This document shows, piece by piece, positions 63,427 to 64,000 of a stretch of 64,000 bases of DNA (positions are counted from its first letter, which is position 1; each line of letters starts with the position of its first letter). The notes beneath the pieces were generated by a model. It was not told the DNA's origin, ran no database searches, and saw only the letters and a list, made by a program, of their open reading frames with translations. The translations under genes were made by a program, and so were the position numbers. The stretch comes from Nageia nagi (lineage: Eukaryota > Plantae > Pinophyta): assembly GCA_050084985.1 (NCBI GenBank), contig JBITNC010000001.1, positions 98,580,001 through 98,644,000 on the forward strand. Direction: 5' to 3'.

Positions 63427-64000
63427 ATGGTAGCAACTTCAACATGGTTTATGGGAAGACTAATCAACATTGCAAGACAAGTGTATTAATGCCCAAAGAA
63501 TCTAGATAGATACCTATTGAAGTTTATTCACAATGGACTAGTAATGGCGGAAGAGCATATTCACATGTTCAAAGACAACATAGGATGACTAGATGTGGTT
63601 CATGAAGATGTGGCTTGCTGCATGTTCCCAAATGCTTTAGACAACATGGATACTATGTGGTATTCTAGTTTACCTAAAGGATCGATAACTTCATGGACAC
63701 AGCTTGAAGAATCATTTCTATATTAGTTTAGTGTGCCCATTGATCCAAATTCTCTATACAATCAACTTGCAACAACTAAACATCAATCTTATGAGTCAAT
63801 TTAGAGATTTAATTATAGATTTCTGATAGTGTACTTTAGACTCAAAGATCCTTACAAATTTGATGGAGTTGGCATGTTACAAATGTACCTAAGGTCACTC
63901 AACAATATGATTGGGGATTTCCTCATAAGAAATGATATAGTAACAACACTACCTATTGCCTATTTAGCAGTACTAAAAATTGAACAAGAGCTTAGCCCAT
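63427..64000 (+). pseudogene. Ty3/gypsy gag (retrotransposon gag domain), decayed, runs off the window
   Basis: AEEHIHMF...HEDVACCMFPNAL....WYSSLPKGSITSWTQLEESFL with stops. Confidence 0.88.

Overview
AT-rich eukaryotic nuclear DNA from a large-genome land plant (gymnosperm-like composition; taxon is an inference). The only intact host gene seen is the 5' part (exons 1-4, minus strand, 3777..3111) of a TETRASPANIN10-like gene. Its third intron has a U12 (minor spliceosome) signature, and its fourth intron runs off the left edge through a decayed LINE and a solo LTR. The remaining ~60 kb is nested transposon sequence: a decayed plant-mobile-domain (PMD) gene split by a full-length Tat-clade Ty3/gypsy element with dual RNase H, itself split by a non-coding LTR element carrying a hairpin array; a Pack-CACTA with a histone H2B-like N-tail fragment; gypsy and copia relics; a PPR pseudogene fragment; a Mutator-type MITE; a full-length decayed LINE; a young, nearly intact Tnt1/Tork-like copia (LTRs about 2% diverged); a SINE; and a gypsy element whose LTR/leader junction has four tandem tRNA-Asn primer-binding sites. 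There are no prokaryotic features, RNA genes or CRISPR arrays. All calls come from reading motifs by eye, so boundaries of old relics are approximate.
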